Positions 15,981 to 20,101 of a stretch of DNA of 20,101 nt are shown one piece after another. The DNA is taken from the NCBI GenBank assembly GCA_040289575.1, contig PSLL01000001.1, forward strand, positions 44,059 through 64,159, read 5' to 3'. The DNA is from Candidatus Dadabacteria bacterium. Its GTDB lineage: Bacteria; Desulfobacterota_D; UBA1144; Nemesobacterales; CSP1-2. The first letter of the stretch is position 1; the number at the start of each line of letters is the position of its first letter. Below the pieces are notes generated by a model. That model was not told where the DNA came from. It searched no databases and saw nothing but the letters and a program-made list of their open reading frames with translations. The position numbers and the translations under genes were made by a program.

Positions 15981-16895
15981 TTACTTCCACACACCCACGA
16001 TTGGCTTTGTCCCGCCATCGCCGTCTGACAGTGTACCGAGACCGAAGTTGTCCTCAATTGTACGAAGCACGCTGTAGTGATTGTAATTTTCATTATATTC
16101 ACCGGGCTTTACCATGTCACCGAGAAGGACTGTATAGATGTGATTATTTGAATCATTGCGTGATTCGTCGAATGTCACTACAATCAGCGTGCCTTTCATG
16201 AATGCCTCGTTTTTACGGAGTGGCTCTAAGAAACCTTTCAGCCATTTTGAACAATACCCCAGTCCAGTATCATGTCCGTCGTTATCCATGTCCGGGGAGT
16301 AAAACATATAGTTTGGCAACGCCCCGCCATTTAAGTCCTCAGCAAAACGTGTGGCAGGAACAATATTCTCACACTCTTGCTCTTGGATTTGTATAAAGCT
16401 CATAAAAGGTACGTGTTTTCTTGCGTAAAGGCCGAATGTCGGGTATTTGAAGCAGTTGCCGGGATAACCTTCGGCATAATTCTTCCACGTAAGCCCTGCG
16501 GGTTTCAATAGGTCGGCAATCGTTCGCTCATTCAAGTTGACCTGCTTATCGCCTCTCGTGGGAATCTCTTTGCCGGTTATCATTGCTAGATAGTTTGGAT
16601 AGGAGGGATGGGTAATTGCATGGAAATTAGTTAAGTTTGCACCCTTCTTTGCCAACGAATTGAGATAAGGGTCTGCGATTGCATCTCCATAATTCTGGTT
16701 CTCGAGGATGATTATGAGCACACGCTCGAAGTGGTGGCCTCTGTTTGCCGATTTAGATTTCTGCGCCGAAGGGGAATTCATCGGCGTTTGGCTAAATCCA
16801 AGGGCTCCGATACCGCCGTATCCCAAGCAGATCATGACAAAGGCAGAAAGCACATATATAAAAAATCCTATAGCCCTGAAAAATATTGCATTCAT
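15981..16895 (-). CDS. Secreted phosphoesterase / acid phosphatase family protein
   Basis: Hydrophobic N-terminus, IIILENQNY, THPSYPNYLAM, WKNYAEG, RKHVPF, NDGHD, VTFDE and HYSVLRTIEDNFGL. AGGAGGT RBS. Confidence 0.9.
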   Translation of the reverse strand: MNAIFFRAIGFFIYVLSAFVMICLGYGGIGALGFSQTPMNSPSAQKSKSANRGHHFERVLIIILENQNYGDAIADPYLNSLAKKGANLTNFHAITHPSYPNYLAMITGKEIPTRGDKQVNLNERTIADLLKPAGLTWKNYAEGYPGNCFKYPTFGLYARKHVPFMSFIQIQEQECENIVPATRFAEDLNGGALPNYMFYSPDMDNDGHDTGLGYCSKWLKGFLEPLRKNEAFMKGTLIVVTFDESRNDSNNHIYTVLLGDMVKPGEYNENYNHYSVLRTIEDNFGLGTLSDGDGGTKPIVGVWK

Positions 16896-17214
16896 CAAGA
16901 ACCTCCTTAATAAAAACTGTATGCGGCTAAACTAGATTAACCATTTAGAATCTATCATACAACAGGAATAGATACCCTTGTCTAATAGCTCCGTTTTCTT
17001 AACTCGAATTATATACTCGTAAATGTTACGAGCAAGCCTGGGTTATTTGATTAGGCAATGTTATCTATCGACTGAGATTATCTAATTATGTATTGGGATA
17101 ATTTATGAAATTCGTCTTATCTTTCTCTCATTTCAATCAAATGGTAAAGTAATGTTTGAGTATAATACGTAATGTGTATTGGAAATGAAACTACCGTATG
17201 AGGGGGGGCAACAG

Positions 17215-17619
17215 ATGGCTACCGATGCTAAGGAGCTTATTAAATTACTCTCTGAAGCAAATAAAGCAAAAAAGGCTGTATACTTCATTCTAGATTATGT
17301 TGATCTTGTAAATTCGCACAAGAATGATTTCTCTGCTGATACCCAAATAGTGGTCAGTAGAATTAAAGACCATGCTTCAGAGATTGAAAAATACGTTGAA
17401 GAGATCAAGGGTCACATAAACACCATTCTAGATAAGATGCCGCTTAATATAGAAGAGGTTAAAAATGCCGCCGATAAAATGCTACTTTATGGCGGTGGCG
17501 TTTCCCAATCAATGAACTGGGTCCTAGTTGAGCAAAAGCGTTACTCCAAAAATTCCTAATGGTGGCGCCACTGGCAGGCTATATACGATATTTTAAAAGA
17601 GCAGGAGGGCCGGCAGTAG
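17215..17619 (+). pseudogene. Helical hypothetical protein, probably interrupted by an in-frame TAA at 17557-17559
   Basis: ATG 17215 follows GAGGGGG. After ...KNS-TAA the same frame continues WWRHWQAIYDILKEQEGRQ*. Confidence 0.5.
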
Positions 17620-17763
17620 TTTTGGATTCAGCTTGAAAAATTAACATCCAGTCAAGTAGCGAAAAGAAACTAACCTTGTGTTCGTCCTCATGCTAATATG
17701 TGCTTTTTATCTGCCCTGTTCCCGTTACTCGACCAATGGAGTAGAGGCGTATAGTGTACTTTC

Positions 17764-19239
17764 CTACAAATCCTCAACAAACTCGGCGACGTTTTCGAGG
17801 TTTATTCCTTTTACTGCAATCTCCGGTGCAATCACCGTTTCTTCAGAGCCCCAGATCGGTGTGGATTTTTTCTCCTTTGATATTGCATTGATGTTTTGGA
17901 GGAGTCTTACAAAATTGTCGTTAATTCTTACTGTGTTTGGTTTGAGTGGCTCTGATAATTTTCCATTTCTGATTATATATGAATCCCCAATCACGGTGCC
18001 TGTAAAATTCGCCTTTGCGAGTCCATGAACGGGATAGAGATACCATAGCCTTCCTATGTATATTCCGTTTTTTATACGTGAGATTAATTTTTCTGAGGTT
18101 ACTTCTCTTGTTCCCTCAATCACGACATTTGTAGCAAATATGGACGTACTTCGGCGGAAGCTCCTCTCTCCGCCGCTAAATCGAAATCCGTTTCTCGGCG
18201 TGAATTTTTTCAATTTGCTTTCGTATTTTTTTGCATAGTAGTGGTTTGAAAGAAAACCGACCAATCTTCCCTTCTCAATCAAATCCGTTTTTCCTGTGGG
18301 AAGCCCTTCGCATGTTATCTTTCTGCTTCCAATTTCTCCTGGTCTGTTTCCATCATCGTAAATGGAAACTGTATCGGAGGCGACCCTTTCACCAAGCCTT
18401 CCCACAAACGGCGAATTCCCCGAATCTATTGAACTGAGGGATAGAGCTGGGACTATCATCTCAGAAAAGAGCATAGCGACCGCCTGTCTTCCGAAAACCG
18501 TGTTGTATTTTCCCGACTCTATTCTTTTTCCTCCAATGGAGTTTATCACACTTCTTGCGGCCATCTCCCCTGACTCTTCGGGTTTGAAAATATCAAGATG
18601 GGTTGCCGTAGCCCAGCCTGTACCCTTTGCGTTTTTTTCTTCAATCATTGCAGTAATCGAGGATATAAGAGTCGTTGACTCATCAAAGTCGTCAACCCCC
18701 TTAGTATTTCCCACAGCCATTTTCCCTTTCAGAATCGTTATATCTCCTCCTATAATCAGGCTCCTTGTGTAGCCAGATTCTTTAAAAGTGAACAATGCTC
18801 CTTTTATTGCGCGCCAGCCGAGTGAGACCATATCTTCGTCTTCTAAATCCATTACCCTTTTATCGTGATATGAAGAGGGCTTAGGTGACTCATCTGAGGG
18901 AGAGGGAATGGATTTAAAATCGGGGTCGCCTACCGCGCCTCGCTTTGCTTTTTCCAATGCCCTTTTTATTCCCCCCAGGCTCAAATCTCCCGTATCACTT
19001 CCAAACCCTATTTTTAGTCCTTGGTGTGTGTCCAATACGACTAGGATTCCGAGCCCATATCCTTCGATGTTTTTTGGTTCATGAACGCCGTTGCATGGGA
19101 TGTCCGAGGTATAATTGATTCTCACAGTTATGTGGTCATTCCATGAGGCAAATACTTCGGCATCCCTTATATCCTTTTGAGATTTAATATATTCAAGTCC
19201 ATCTCTTACGCATCTCCTTAAATCCTCAATTGTGATCAT
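17764..19239 (-). CDS. pmbA: TldE/PmbA family protein
   Basis: 491 aa with IYDDG, EGLPT...LIEKGRLVGFL, TNVVIEG and G.F.G...I.NG.L..P pattern. No HExxH. Downstream of tldD, with AGGAG RBS. Confidence 0.85.
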   Translation of the reverse strand: MITIEDLRRCVRDGLEYIKSQKDIRDAEVFASWNDHITVRINYTSDIPCNGVHEPKNIEGYGLGILVVLDTHQGLKIGFGSDTGDLSLGGIKRALEKAKRGAVGDPDFKSIPSPSDESPKPSSYHDKRVMDLEDEDMVSLGWRAIKGALFTFKESGYTRSLIIGGDITILKGKMAVGNTKGVDDFDESTTLISSITAMIEEKNAKGTGWATATHLDIFKPEESGEMAARSVINSIGGKRIESGKYNTVFGRQAVAMLFSEMIVPALSLSSIDSGNSPFVGRLGERVASDTVSIYDDGNRPGEIGSRKITCEGLPTGKTDLIEKGRLVGFLSNHYYAKKYESKLKKFTPRNGFRFSGGERSFRRSTSIFATNVVIEGTREVTSEKLISRIKNGIYIGRLWYLYPVHGLAKANFTGTVIGDSYIIRNGKLSEPLKPNTVRINDNFVRLLQNINAISKEKKSTPIWGSEETVIAPEIAVKGINLENVAEFVEDL

Positions 19240-19270
19240 TAGTCTTTCTCCTGAGGTGTGCTGTTTTTAA

Positions 19271-19427
19271 TTAGACACAAATCTACACAAATGGAATAAA
19301 CAGAATACAGGAAACAGGGGTAAGGAACAAAATCTTTTTATATCTTCTCCTATATACTGTCTACTGTTTTCTGTCTACTTTCTTCCTGTATTCTCCTGTT
19401 CGTATGTATTCGTGTTCATTCATGGTT
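19271..19427. repeat. Nested imperfect inverted repeat element built from short tandem units
   Basis: Inner perfect 12 bp IR AGAATACAGGAA (19302-19313) / TTCCTGTATTCT (19383-19394). 7-mer runs TACTGTC-TACTGTT-TTCTGTC-TACTTTC. Outer ACACAAATCTACACAAAT versus ATTCGTGTTCATTCATGG. Confidence 0.6.
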
Positions 19428-19433
19428 AAATAA

Positions 19434-20101
19434 TTACTTTCCTCCCGTAAGCTTTGCCCTGCTTCGCATGGTTGGGCCTCCATTTCCCACTCGAAGCGCT
19501 TGCATTGGAACCCCCTTTCCGCAGTTGGGCATGGGAATCATGCGAAAGTCATCTCCTACGGCGTCAATCTTCATCAAATAATCCCTTGAGTCGGATGTTA
19601 TCCCGCCGCTTCTGTAGAGCTTTATAAGCTCACCGTTTTTGATCCTGTAAACGCGCCTTGCGGATATACTGAAATTCTCACGGGATTCGCCTATTGATGG
19701 TGTGCGATGGCTTACCAAATAGTAGCCGTCATCTACCTCTTTAATTATATCCTCCGGTTTCCTATAGCCTGGTGCAAACACAGTATTCGTCATCCTGACA
19801 AGCGGAATGAAATAGGCATCCGTTGCGCGCATAGCACCGTTTGGCTCTTCGCCCAGAATCGCCGCCGTCTCGCGACTGTTTAAAAATCCGCGAAATATCC
19901 CCCTGTCAATGTGGACTACCTTTTTTGCCTTCACTCCTTCGGAGTCGTATTTATATTGTCCGTATCCTGCAAGCGATGTATCGGAATAAGCCGTTACCAA
20001 ATCTGAGGCGACCCTTTTTCCAATTTGATTATCGTCAAGGCTCCTCATCAGCCAGCTCCTTCCCGCATAAGCGGTCTCCATCTTGAGTGCTCTATCGGCT
20101 T
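19434..20101 (-). CDS. tldD: TldD family metalloprotease, 5'-truncated by the window edge
   Basis: Frame is open to the edge (ADRALKMETAYAG...). YKYDSEG, PLVRMTNT and C-terminal CGKG.P.Q...VGNGGP. Confidence 0.9.
   Translation of the reverse strand, partial: ADRALKMETAYAGRSWLMRSLDDNQIGKRVASDLVTAYSDTSLAGYGQYKYDSEGVKAKKVVHIDRGIFRGFLNSRETAAILGEEPNGAMRATDAYFIPLVRMTNTVFAPGYRKPEDIIKEVDDGYYLVSHRTPSIGESRENFSISARRVYRIKNGELIKLYRSGGITSDSRDYLMKIDAVGDDFRMIPMPNCGKGVPMQALRVGNGGPTMRSRAKLTGGK

Noticed and set aside
370..20086. Many overlapping or antisense ORFs in the track (e.g. 370-708, 1375-2067, 7286-7633, 13555-13860, 17678-18028, 18362-18772, 19841-20086)
   Set aside because: They are shadows of well-supported genes with no recognisable motifs. 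13555-13860 is antisense to the small membrane ORF.

Overview
Bacterial chromosomal window. The left arm has cstA, a small Cys-rich partner ORF, a frameshifted DUF2283 remnant and lipA. The right arm has an LLM-class oxidoreductase, a SnoaL/NTF2-like protein, a secreted phosphoesterase, an interrupted hypothetical gene and pmbA/tldD. Between them is a ~10.4 kb minus-strand block bracketed by ~90% identical 115-116 bp direct repeats of the lipA promoter and 5' end (3747-3862 and 14289-14403), which suggests an insertion. The block has two parts. (i) A CbrX/CbrA/CbrB-like module (unannotated small membrane ORF, SLC5-STAC-PAS histidine kinase, sigma54 activator) is followed by three TTGGT-N6-ACCA(A/T) palindromes, a correctly spaced -24/-12 promoter, an AmiE-like amidase and an AmiB-like single-domain Clp ATPase. 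(ii) A run of unusual genes follows: a CxxC protein, an apparently catalytically dead IrrE/ImmA-like protein, an orphan, a DsbA/FrnE-like oxidoreductase and a PAS-GcvH lipoyl-carrier fusion abutting lipA. All family calls are by motif recognition; no searches were run.
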